Source: Minisyncoccota bacterium (GTDB lineage Bacteria > Patescibacteriota > Minisyncoccia > Phycocordibacterales > CAIRYW01). Taken from it: a stretch of DNA of 38,295 bases. Both the position numbers and the translations under genes were made by a program. The stretch lies in contig DATDXX010000041.1 of NCBI GenBank assembly GCA_036517135.1, positions 1 through 38,295 of the forward strand, given 5' to 3'. Shown here in pieces: positions 16,775 through 24,479 of this stretch (position 1 is the first letter of the stretch; each line of letters starts with the position of its first letter). Below the pieces are notes generated by a model that saw only the letters and a program-made list of their open reading frames with translations, made no database searches and was not told the DNA's origin.

Positions 16775-17049
16775 AAAAAAGAAAAAAACTTCTCGTCTCT
16801 TCTTGCGATAAATCACAAAAAGGGACGAAAAGTTTCGTGGTGCCACCCTAATTCAGCAAAACCCAAGTTTTGCCCTTACCAGCTTTATGCACTTTCGTGC
16901 CAACACTAGCTTACTCTGTTACGGGAACTCCCGGATTTCCACGCTGAATTGCTTCATTACAGAAATCATCCTGCCTATTTGCATAGGCGATTCAAGGCCC
17001 AATCCCACAGAGCTTGCGCTCGCGAGACCTTGAGGATATTTGTTTACCT
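16775..17049 (-). promoter_or_regulatory. T-box riboswitch leader (terminator/antiterminator type), probably tRNA-Trp responsive
   Basis: The minus-strand RNA has AAUUAGGGUGGCACCACG (plus 16836-16853). It forms an antiterminator: AGGG/CCCU helix, 7-nt bulge UGGCACC, CGAA-ACUU-UUCG helix. The competing terminator pairs ACUUUUCGUCCC with GAGACGAGAAGU (plus 16788-16799) and is followed by UUUUUUUCUUUUUU. Upstream hairpins carry GNRA loops. Confidence 0.85.
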
Positions 17050-17055
17050 TCTATT

Positions 17056-17083
17056 ATTATACACCCAATTCAAACTAACTCAA
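17056..17083 (-). promoter_or_regulatory. promoter of the T-box/trpE transcript: TTGAGT-N16-TATAAT
   Basis: The -35 box is at plus 17078-17083 (actcaa) and the -10 box at plus 17056-17061 (attata). It sits back-to-back with the -35 box of the divergent TrpR-like gene. Confidence 0.55.
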
Positions 17084-17084
17084 C

Positions 17085-17118
17085 TTGACTTATCCACAGC
17101 ATACTAGTATACTAGAAC
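17085..17118 (+). promoter_or_regulatory. promoter TTGACT-N17-TATACT overlapped by a TrpR-operator-like palindrome ATACTAGTATACTAGAAC
   Basis: TTGACT at 17085-17090 and TATACT at 17108-17113. A perfect 12-bp palindrome CTAGTATACTAG lies at 17104-17115. It has the CTAG-N4-CTAG spacing of the E. coli trp operator GTACTAGTTAACTAGTAC. Confidence 0.6.
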
Positions 17119-17125
17119 GGTGAGA

Positions 17126-17422
17126 ATGAGAAATAATAGATTCGAAAAACTTATCGAAAAATGGGAAAACAGGAAAATATCTGATGCTGATTTTTTGGCA
17201 GAATTTATTTTAAAATTTGAAAGTAAAAAAGAGATGCTTGATATGCTCTATAGCCTCTTCACTCGAACAGAAAGAAGAATGTTGGCGACAAGGCTCTTAA
17301 TAGTAAAAAAATTAAAAGAGGGTCGCTCGCAGCATGAAGTTTCAAGCTCTCTTCATGTGGGTGTTGCAACTGTAAATCGCGGTGCTTTGGAAATAGAAAA
17401 AGAAAGATTTAAATTTATCTAG
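17126..17422 (+). CDS. Trp repressor family (TrpR / YerC-YecD-like) DNA-binding protein
   Basis: LFTRTERRMLATRLLIVKKLKEGRSQHEVSSSLHVGVATVNRG aligns position-for-position with E. coli TrpR [43 protein letters not shown]. A GTG at 17120 is an alternative start. Confidence 0.85.
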   Translation: MRNNRFEKLIEKWENRKISDADFLAEFILKFESKKEMLDMLYSLFTRTERRMLATRLLIVKKLKEGRSQHEVSSSLHVGVATVNRGALEIEKERFKFI

Positions 17423-18167
17423 ATCGCCCTGCCAAAAATTGCATGCACTTTTTGTAGAATCTTTTTTCGAGAATTGCCATACCAAGATGCCCGCCTATCT
17501 TGGCCAGCATGAGTTTTGCGCCAGTTTTACCAATGAACGGCTTTAAGGGTTTCCATAACACAATATCATCGTCCTTTGCGTGAAATATGAGGCATTTGCT
17601 TCCGTCGACCTTTTCTGTTTCAGTTGAGGGATTATAAAGTTTGCCTTGCTTGATCTTCTTCCAACCGTCTTTAGCAATAACATACGCGCGCCCAAATGCC
17701 TTTTTAAGAAATGGGGCTAGCCGTTCAATTGATTCAGTAGTATTTTTCTGGTCCTGCCAATCAATGACAGGTGAAAAGCAAATAACCTTTTTAACTTCTT
17801 TTAATTTGGAATTGAGAAGCGCCGCCGGCCCGCCAAAGCTGGAGCCGATTAGATATACTTTCGGATTCCCTATCTTGAAGTTTTTGTTACCCCAAAATTC
17901 CTTAAATCCTTTCGGCAATTCGGAAATTATATCTCTGATATCCTTCGTGGGAGAATATTTAAACATAACGCCCTCACTCTCCCAGCTTCCACGGTATCGC
18001 GGGAGAAACACCCAATATCCCCTTTTTGCAAAGAATTCCATCACATCCTGTTTTTTAGGGACAGAAGGCATTCCAGAACAAAGGATCATTACTTTGTTTG
18101 ACTTCTTTGCCGGCACCGAAAATTCGCTTATAATCTCTCCTTTGAATTTTGTTCTGTATATTTCCAT
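17415..18167 (-). CDS. alpha/beta hydrolase (dienelactone hydrolase / S9-like fold)
   Basis: 250 aa with the nucleophile elbow GSSFGG, an acid near HAKDDDIV and a His in GGHLG. It is the last gene of the zwf operon. Confidence 0.8.
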   Translation of the reverse strand: MEIYRTKFKGEIISEFSVPAKKSNKVMILCSGMPSVPKKQDVMEFFAKRGYWVFLPRYRGSWESEGVMFKYSPTKDIRDIISELPKGFKEFWGNKNFKIGNPKVYLIGSSFGGPAALLNSKLKEVKKVICFSPVIDWQDQKNTTESIERLAPFLKKAFGRAYVIAKDGWKKIKQGKLYNPSTETEKVDGSKCLIFHAKDDDIVLWKPLKPFIGKTGAKLMLAKIGGHLGMAILEKRFYKKCMQFLAGRSR

Positions 18168-18169
18168 AA

Positions 18170-18793
18170 TTACTTCAAAAGAATAGCACGAGCAGGAGCT
18201 CCTTCAAGACCGATGAATTTCAAAGGAAGGCAAATAAGTTTGTAGATGCCGACTGGTACATCTTTTAGGTTAATACCTTCAATTATCGGAATATTTTTTG
18301 ACAGTAGCGATGTGTGTGAGCGGTTATCTTTGCTTCCACGCTTTTTGACTGAAATATAGTCAATGCCAAAAAGTGTTATACCGAGTTCGCCGAGATAGTC
18401 AGCTGCATCCCCGTCAAGATAAATATAATCGCCATAAAATTTTTCAAATCCTCTTTCTGAATTTGAAGTTTTCGCTAGAATTCTCTCTCCTTTTTTGATA
18501 TTTTCTCTTTTTATATCATCTAGAGTTATTGCTTCTTTTGAAGAAGTAAAGTTAATTACTCTGCAAGGACCAAAAAAAGTTTCAAGAGGAATGGTGTCAA
18601 CTGTCGCTCCTCCAATGATCGTATGAAGCGGAGCATCAACATGTGTGCCGGAATGGCTTCCCATTATAATTTTTGAGAGGTGGCTTGAACTCTCTGGCAT
18701 CTGTGCATGCGTTTCAAGCGTTACAGAAGCGTTTCCTGGATAAATTATAGTGTGGTTATTAAGTGGTAAAGAAATGTCAATTATTTTTTGCAT
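18170..18793 (-). CDS. cyclase-family metal-dependent hydrolase (kynurenine formamidase-like)
   Basis: It carries the HSGTHVDAPLH motif (HxGTHxDxPxH) of the putative cyclase / arylformamidase family. The ATG at 18793 lies 4 nt after the gnd stop, whereas the ORF-track start at 18832 is a TTG that overlaps gnd. Confidence 0.8.
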   Translation of the reverse strand: MQKIIDISLPLNNHTIIYPGNASVTLETHAQMPESSSHLSKIIMGSHSGTHVDAPLHTIIGGATVDTIPLETFFGPCRVINFTSSKEAITLDDIKRENIKKGERILAKTSNSERGFEKFYGDYIYLDGDAADYLGELGITLFGIDYISVKKRGSKDNRSHTSLLSKNIPIIEGINLKDVPVGIYKLICLPLKFIGLEGAPARAILLK

Positions 18794-18797
18794 CGCA

Positions 18798-19712
18798 TTA
18801 TTTTTTAGTTTCGTCTGTTGAATGACCGCCAAACTGATTGCGAAGCGCGGTCAAGACTTGTCCAGTATAACTAGGATTATCTTGCGAATCTATCCTGAAT
18901 TGAAGCGATTTTTCAATTATCGGGACAGGAACGCCGAATTTCTTGGCGGTTTCTATGGTCCACTGGCCTTCGCCGCTGTGCGTTACTTTGCCTGAAATAC
19001 CATCTAAGTTTGCGCCGAATTTTTGATAAGCTTCCTTCAGCCATTCAATAAGCCGAGACTCAACAACTGTGCGGTTGTTATAAACTTTAGATACTTCTTT
19101 CAAATCCAAATTAAACGGAGAATTCCTTAATACTGCAAATCCTTCCGCTATCGCCTGCATCATTCCGTACTCAATGCCGTTATGGACCATTTTAACGAAA
19201 TGTCCTGCACCCGCATTACCCATATAATGAGTGGCATTCGGAGCAGATAAATCTTCAAACAGAGTTTTACATTTTTCAAATAATTCCTTTTTACCGCCAA
19301 CCATTATTGAGGCACCATTTCTTGCTCCACTTGGTCCGCCCGAAACTCCCACGTCAAGAAAATTAATTTTTTTATTTTCTAATTCTTTTGCCCGGCGAAC
19401 CGTTTCTTCCCAAAAACAATTACCTCCATCAATTACTGTATCTCCTGCACTAAGATAAGGCACAAGCTCAGAAAGTACTGCATCAACTGCGTTATGAGAA
19501 ACCATGAGCCAGACTGTCCGCGAGATTTCAAGCGAAGCAACCAACTCTTTTATTGAATACGCTCCCTTTGCTCCCTTTTTTTCAATTTCTTTTACAGGTT
19601 CAGGGCTTCTGTTGTACGCAATTACTTCGTATCCCTTTTCTAAAAGCCGTTCCACCATACCACGCCCCATTTTGCCGAGACCGATGTAGCCAAGCTGTAT
19701 ATTTTTTTGCAT
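18798..19712 (-). CDS. gnd: 6-phosphogluconate dehydrogenase, decarboxylating, short (about 300 aa) form
   Basis: GYIGLGKMGRGM Rossmann motif, GVSGG, and the 6PGDH signature GHFVKMVHNGIEYGMMQAIAEG. Confidence 0.9.
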   Translation of the reverse strand: MQKNIQLGYIGLGKMGRGMVERLLEKGYEVIAYNRSPEPVKEIEKKGAKGAYSIKELVASLEISRTVWLMVSHNAVDAVLSELVPYLSAGDTVIDGGNCFWEETVRRAKELENKKINFLDVGVSGGPSGARNGASIMVGGKKELFEKCKTLFEDLSAPNATHYMGNAGAGHFVKMVHNGIEYGMMQAIAEGFAVLRNSPFNLDLKEVSKVYNNRTVVESRLIEWLKEAYQKFGANLDGISGKVTHSGEGQWTIETAKKFGVPVPIIEKSLQFRIDSQDNPSYTGQVLTALRNQFGGHSTDETKK

Positions 19713-19713
19713 G

Positions 19714-20076
19714 TTATTCTTTTACAATGGCACTGGCTTTTTTAGTTTCCCATAATTGAACTTTTGTCACAGGAAGTCCTGCTAATTTTATTCTCCTAAA
19801 TATCTCCGCTGCTAAAAGTTCTGCAGTAGTCGAAAAAGAAACCATATCATTTAAAAATTGATGATCCCATTTTTCTATTATTTCTTTTTCCACAATATCT
19901 GCTAGATGGGCAAAATCCATAACCATACCTTCCGAGCTTCCGCTTGTGACTATCGAACCGCTAATTGTCACTTCAAAAAGATATGAGTGGCCGTGGAGCC
20001 GTGCGCATTTTCCTTTATGATTTGGTAATTGGTGTGCAGCTTCAAAATTAAAACGTTTTGTAATGCTTGTGGTCAT
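19714..20076 (-). CDS. queD: 6-carboxy-5,6,7,8-tetrahydropterin synthase (PTPS family)
   Basis: 120 aa. FNFEAAHQLPNHKGKCARLHGHSYLFEV is the QueD/PTPS zinc and catalytic motif. Confidence 0.9.
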   Translation of the reverse strand: MTTSITKRFNFEAAHQLPNHKGKCARLHGHSYLFEVTISGSIVTSGSSEGMVMDFAHLADIVEKEIIEKWDHQFLNDMVSFSTTAELLAAEIFRRIKLAGLPVTKVQLWETKKASAIVKE

Positions 20077-20081
20077 GATAT

Positions 20082-21269
20082 TTATAGATATTTATGTGAT
20101 TGTTTGCCCTTAGCATACAACTTTAAGGGTGCCCTGCGAAGTGTCTGGATGACCTCCTCGGCAATACGCCATTCTTCTCTCGCTTCTTCATAAGAAACAA
20201 AAAGCGAACTATCGCCTGATACAGCACTAAGTAATAATTTGGCATGAGAAGTTAAGGATCCCTCCTTTCTTTGATTGAAATCAAAACGAATTGGCGGTAA
20301 ATTTTGATAGTTTATGACAACCTCTGCATCTGACTTCCTAAATCCTTTACCTGCCTCAAGAAAAAGTGGCACATTGGCAAATGTCTTGCCTTTGCTTACA
20401 AACCTAGCCTTAAAATAAGTTTCTGTCTGACTTTGCGGATTAACGCCTGCTTCTTTTAAATAGCTGTCATATTGGGCTATTACAACCTCCTTTGCGGAAT
20501 AAAGTTTTCTAAAAATCTGAAGTTTTGTTTCTCCTGTAATTTTTCCCATTACGGTTGCAAGCATTTGGAGAGTGTGATTTTGCCCTACATCCAAGAATGC
20601 CCCAAGCGAGTCGTAAAAAGCACCTCTTTTGCCGACAGTCTGACTTTCAATAATTCTCGCATCAATACCTAGAAGTTTTTTATTCTGAGGAAGCACTGCA
20701 GATGCTATATTTTGCATCGCGTCTTTCGCAGTATAATGATCTATTCTTAGAACTTGATTTTCAGTTACAAAACCCGAAAGCAGAACATTTAATTCTTGCG
20801 CCTCTTTTAGGCTTCGTCCAAAAGGCTTTTCGATCAAAATCCTGTCTTCGCCACTCATAAAATGGCAGTCTCTAATGTAGGCAATGGTAGTCTTGTAAAA
20901 GCTGGGCGGAACTGAAAGAAAAAACATTTTCCTAGCTTTGCTTCCCGATTCCGAATCTCGTTTTTGTAATAATCGACTCAGTCCCTCATGGGAGGCAGTA
21001 TCATTTATATCTCCTACAAAAAAATCAAAGTGTTGTAAAAATTCCTGTGTTGTTTTCTTGCTTTCCGTTTTTGCAAACGCATCAATAGTTTCTGTTATAA
21101 ATTTGTCAAAGTCACTACGTTTCCAGTTTTTTCGAAGGAATCCAATTACCTCCCATTTGCAGGGAAAGAGCTTTTTGGCATGAAGTTCAAAAAAGGCGGG
21201 AATGATCTTCTGGCGAGCCAAATCTCCCGTTATCCCGAAAATTATGAAGGTAACACTTTTCTTTTCCAT
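20082..21269 (-). CDS. zwf: glucose-6-phosphate 1-dehydrogenase (short form, 395 aa)
   Basis: IFGITGDLARQKIIP (GxxGDLA), EKPFG and RIDHYTAKD (the RIDHYLGKE signature). Confidence 0.9.
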   Translation of the reverse strand: MEKKSVTFIIFGITGDLARQKIIPAFFELHAKKLFPCKWEVIGFLRKNWKRSDFDKFITETIDAFAKTESKKTTQEFLQHFDFFVGDINDTASHEGLSRLLQKRDSESGSKARKMFFLSVPPSFYKTTIAYIRDCHFMSGEDRILIEKPFGRSLKEAQELNVLLSGFVTENQVLRIDHYTAKDAMQNIASAVLPQNKKLLGIDARIIESQTVGKRGAFYDSLGAFLDVGQNHTLQMLATVMGKITGETKLQIFRKLYSAKEVVIAQYDSYLKEAGVNPQSQTETYFKARFVSKGKTFANVPLFLEAGKGFRKSDAEVVINYQNLPPIRFDFNQRKEGSLTSHAKLLLSAVSGDSSLFVSYEEAREEWRIAEEVIQTLRRAPLKLYAKGKQSHKYL

Positions 21270-21412
21270 TCTAATACTATAAACTAAAAGCCATGAATGG
21301 GGTAGTAGAAAATAATTTGCAGTTTTGGCAAAATGATCAAATCACGGAAACTTAGGTCAACTTTGCTGATAATATATTAGAATTTTTATTTAACATTATT
21401 TTTCACTACTCC

Positions 21413-21916
21413 ATGAATATTCATCCTTTAATAGTTCATTTCCCTGTTGCGCTACTTTTTATCTATAGCATATTGGAAATTGCGCGTTTTAAGCTGATAA
21501 AAAACATTGCTCAGATTTTCTATATTAAGGCATCTTTTGTTATCATCGGTGCGGTTATGTCATACGCCGCCTTTATTACTGGAAATATAGCAAAGGGTTT
21601 AGTACCCTCGTCAGGCATAAACAATATTCTCCTATCGCACGAACGATTTGCAAAACTGACTATTTTCATATTTTCAGTCGCCGCAATTGGATATCTTATC
21701 AGATGGACCTTGGAGATTTCCTTTGAAAAGATTCCGCAAAATTTCAGAAATTTCCTGACTTCTATAAGCAATGTGATTCTTTCTCCTTTTGTTTCAGTCG
21801 CTTTGGCTCTTATGGGACTTATTACCCTAAGTATCACCGGAATTCTTGGTGGAACGATGGTTTATGGACCGACGACAGATCCTTTTGCAGGATTTCTCTA
21901 CCCATTTTTTAAATAA
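21413..21916 (+). CDS. DUF2231-like integral membrane protein
   Basis: 167 aa with four hydrophobic helices. The N-terminal HPLIVHFPVALL resembles the DUF2231 start motif. The family call is from memory. Confidence 0.65.
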   Translation: MNIHPLIVHFPVALLFIYSILEIARFKLIKNIAQIFYIKASFVIIGAVMSYAAFITGNIAKGLVPSSGINNILLSHERFAKLTIFIFSVAAIGYLIRWTLEISFEKIPQNFRNFLTSISNVILSPFVSVALALMGLITLSITGILGGTMVYGPTTDPFAGFLYPFFK

Positions 21917-22015
21917 CTATATTTTTTTGACAAAACTATCCTTTAGTGTAAATTGATTGTGGCTTTTAGCCCTTTGATGAAAACTGAAACCAAGTCCTCT
22001 TTTGAGGCCAATTAA

Positions 22016-22471
22016 ATGCAACCATCTAAAACACCGCTAAAGGATCCCGGTAAAGTCGCTGACTTCATCCTTTTCAGCCAGCGCGAGTTTTTGCTGAATC
22101 TAAGCAAGGAATTGTCGAGTGGGAATGTTTCCTTCAGGCAATTCTATATGCTCGGATACCTGAGCGTCCATCCGGAACTCACAATGGGCGAGATTGCGAA
22201 AGCAGCCGAAATGGAGGATGACAGCGCAACGATACTTGTTGACCATTTGGAAGGGGAAGGGTTCAAGTATTTGGAACGCTTCCGAAAGGAAGAAGACAAG
22301 CGCAAGATCTATGTGCGTATCACTACTGCGGGACGCGAATTTCTCACAAGACTACGCCAAGCGATCGTGGCTCGGATCGCAGAAACTATGGAGGGCGAGC
22401 AGCTGCCCAACATAGACGCATTATTTCATTGGTCAGAGAAAAATCCCAGTGGGAATAACCGAAAGGGTTGA
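22016..22471 (+). CDS. MarR-family transcriptional regulator
   Basis: 151 aa with a wHTH core: FRQFYMLGYL...LTMGEIAKAAEM..ATILVDHLEGEGF..R...EDKRKIYVRITTAGREF. Confidence 0.8.
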   Translation: MQPSKTPLKDPGKVADFILFSQREFLLNLSKELSSGNVSFRQFYMLGYLSVHPELTMGEIAKAAEMEDDSATILVDHLEGEGFKYLERFRKEEDKRKIYVRITTAGREFLTRLRQAIVARIAETMEGEQLPNIDALFHWSEKNPSGNNRKG

Positions 22472-22521
22472 ATCTCACCTGAAATACATTTAGCTCAAGC
22501 ATTTGCTTCGGGCTGTTTTTT

Positions 22522-22568
22522 ACCCAGCACTAAATTCAATTAGGAATTCAGTGCTGGGTTTATTTTTC
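22522..22568 (+). terminator. rho-independent terminator after the MarR gene
   Basis: acccagcact-(18-nt loop)-agtgctgggt followed by ttatttttc. Confidence 0.65.
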
Positions 22569-22573
22569 TAAAA

Positions 22574-22582
22574 TGCTATAAT
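22574..22582 (+). promoter_or_regulatory. extended -10 promoter element TGCTATAAT upstream of the MIP channel gene
   Basis: aaaTGcTATAATatcc, 35 nt upstream of the ATG at 22617. Confidence 0.5.
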
Positions 22583-22616
22583 ATCCTCAATTACAAATTA
22601 TTAAATTTCAAAAAGA

Positions 22617-23204
22617 ATGAAAAAATACCTAGCTGAATTTATCGGCACATTCGCACTCACTCTCGCTGTCATCCTTTCAGTGAAAGGTGGTTTAATAGCG
22701 ACACCTATTATCGCCGGACTTGTTTTGGCGCTTTTTGTTTATTCTATTGGCAATATTTCTGGTGCTCATTTGAATCCCGCCGTGACCATTGGCGCATTTT
22801 CAATAGGAAAAATATCACTTGTGAAAACTAATTTTTATCTTATATCGCAATTTTTAGGTGCAGGAGGCGCAATGTTTGTCGCTTATCTTTTCAGCATTCC
22901 TCTGCCTGTGACTGTCACAAATTTATCCTGGCTCGCGTTTTCGGCAGAAATTGTCGGAGCATTTTTCTTTACATTCGGCATAGCGTCTGTTGTCTATAGC
23001 AAAACTCCTCACGATGCAAGCGGCGCTGTTATCGGCGGGTCACTTCTTTTAGGGATTACTGTTGCGTCGCTTTTAGGATCATCAGGAATAGTAAATCCGG
23101 CAGTTGCACTGGGATTAAATGCATTTAATTTCGCTTATCTTTTCGGACCCATAGTTGGCTCGATCATAGGGATGAACACCTATAAATATTTAGCAGAAAA
23201 TTAG
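22617..23204 (+). CDS. MIP-family channel (aquaporin/glycerol facilitator-like), unusually short
   Basis: Two NPA boxes (HLNPAVTIG and IVNPAVALG) and six hydrophobic segments in only 195 aa. Confidence 0.85.
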   Translation: MKKYLAEFIGTFALTLAVILSVKGGLIATPIIAGLVLALFVYSIGNISGAHLNPAVTIGAFSIGKISLVKTNFYLISQFLGAGGAMFVAYLFSIPLPVTVTNLSWLAFSAEIVGAFFFTFGIASVVYSKTPHDASGAVIGGSLLLGITVASLLGSSGIVNPAVALGLNAFNFAYLFGPIVGSIIGMNTYKYLAEN

Positions 23205-23206
23205 TT

Positions 23207-24307
23207 TCAGTAGATCTTTAGAACAAGTGCCGGTAAAGTTACGGAATTTACTACTTTAAACCTGATTCTGCCGATGGTCTTGCCTTCATAAGTTTCCACA
23301 TCCACCCGCCACTTCCCAGCAAATAAATTGTATTTTACGGAATACATCCTATAGCCGCCTTCGCGGCCTCCGATAATCGGCACTTTTATTTTGGTGGCGC
23401 TCTGCCATCTGTGCTTCTCTTCGTCATAATACTGCCAATTGTGGATAATCTCCGTCTCAAGCTTGGCGGGCGCATACACAGCTGTAACGGCATAGACCGG
23501 CTCGCTAAAAATCCTATGATATTCTGGAAAAGAACGCATAAAACCCAACCATGGTTTTTTCTCTTCCAAAACAATATACTCTCCGCCCGTACTGCGATAA
23601 AAAGAATGATAGACACCGCCATCCTTCATCACTAACGGCACTGGCGGAATGGTATTTGTAAAATAGAGCAAATTCATTAAAACATATACAATAAGTATCC
23701 CGAGAGCGATATTATCTCGCCCCTCCTCTATTCTCTTTGACGAGATTCTGACAAGAAGCCTGAGAAAAAGAAGTATGAGGGCGACCGCCATTACCCCTCC
23801 TAAAAAAAAGGTAGAAATATTCATTCTATGCACGACCGTCGGTACAAAATAAATACAGAAAGAAAATACAGCGACAAATAGCATTGCCACCTGCAAGCTT
23901 AATCGCGAATAATGTTTTTTCATCACTTCCGTTCCTATCATATTTGCGAGTAATAATAGAAGAAACGGCCATGAGGTTGCGATAGAGATTCCACGCGAGT
24001 AAAAAACAAAAAACATTGAAAATAACGAGCCTATTGCAAATTGCATCAAAAGAAACAGCCAGAAGTGAAATTTGGCATAACTATCTTTTCCGCTCTCGCT
24101 TGCTTCAATCAAATAAAGTAAAGCAATAGATATTCCTGCAAGAATGAGATATGTAGTAAAAATTACTGTCTGAATGCCGATAGAAGCATCACGCAGAGTA
24201 AGATTATCAAAAATAAAGCCGAGAAGTATCGCGGCGGCCCCGATATGGCTTTCATATTTGGTATAGAATGATTTTATATTTGCCGAATGGAAAATTTGCT
24301 TGAGCAT
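23207..24307 (-). CDS. polytopic membrane protein with a C-terminal soluble beta-rich domain (DUF2914-like)
   Basis: 366 aa with about 7 TM helices, then YAVTAVYAP...HNWQYYDEEKHRWQ...GGYRMYS...GKWRVDVET..GKTIGRIRFKV. The DUF assignment is from memory. Confidence 0.7.
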   Translation of the reverse strand: MLKQIFHSANIKSFYTKYESHIGAAAILLGFIFDNLTLRDASIGIQTVIFTTYLILAGISIALLYLIEASESGKDSYAKFHFWLFLLMQFAIGSLFSMFFVFYSRGISIATSWPFLLLLLANMIGTEVMKKHYSRLSLQVAMLFVAVFSFCIYFVPTVVHRMNISTFFLGGVMAVALILLFLRLLVRISSKRIEEGRDNIALGILIVYVLMNLLYFTNTIPPVPLVMKDGGVYHSFYRSTGGEYIVLEEKKPWLGFMRSFPEYHRIFSEPVYAVTAVYAPAKLETEIIHNWQYYDEEKHRWQSATKIKVPIIGGREGGYRMYSVKYNLFAGKWRVDVETYEGKTIGRIRFKVVNSVTLPALVLKIY

Positions 24308-24479
24308 ATCGTTTAGGAAATTTTAGCATAAATCCCGTAGTAGAAAATGGCACTGTTATCTATTTGCGAGATCGTCTTGGGATAATTGTTTTCTAGGATA
24401 AGGCTTCTTGAATGTTAAGACGAATGTCAAATTACAGACATAATCAAAAAATAGGAAAGCCTGCCGGCAAGGCGGGTAA

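Noticed and set aside
18170-18793. Firm assignment of the cyclase-family gene as kynurenine formamidase in a Trp-catabolic pathway with the nearby trpE and TrpR-like genes
   Set aside because: The HxGTHxDxPxH family is functionally broad, no kynA (TDO) or kynU is present, and the gene belongs to the zwf-gnd operon rather than to the trp module. I kept this only as an alternative hypothesis within the operon finding.
22522-22559. Third copy of the TIR element (acccagcact ... agtgctgggt resembles atccagcacc ... ggtgctggat)
   Set aside because: Only about 7 nt are shared and the loop is 18 nt with no homology to the element interior. It behaves as an ordinary terminator after the MarR gene.
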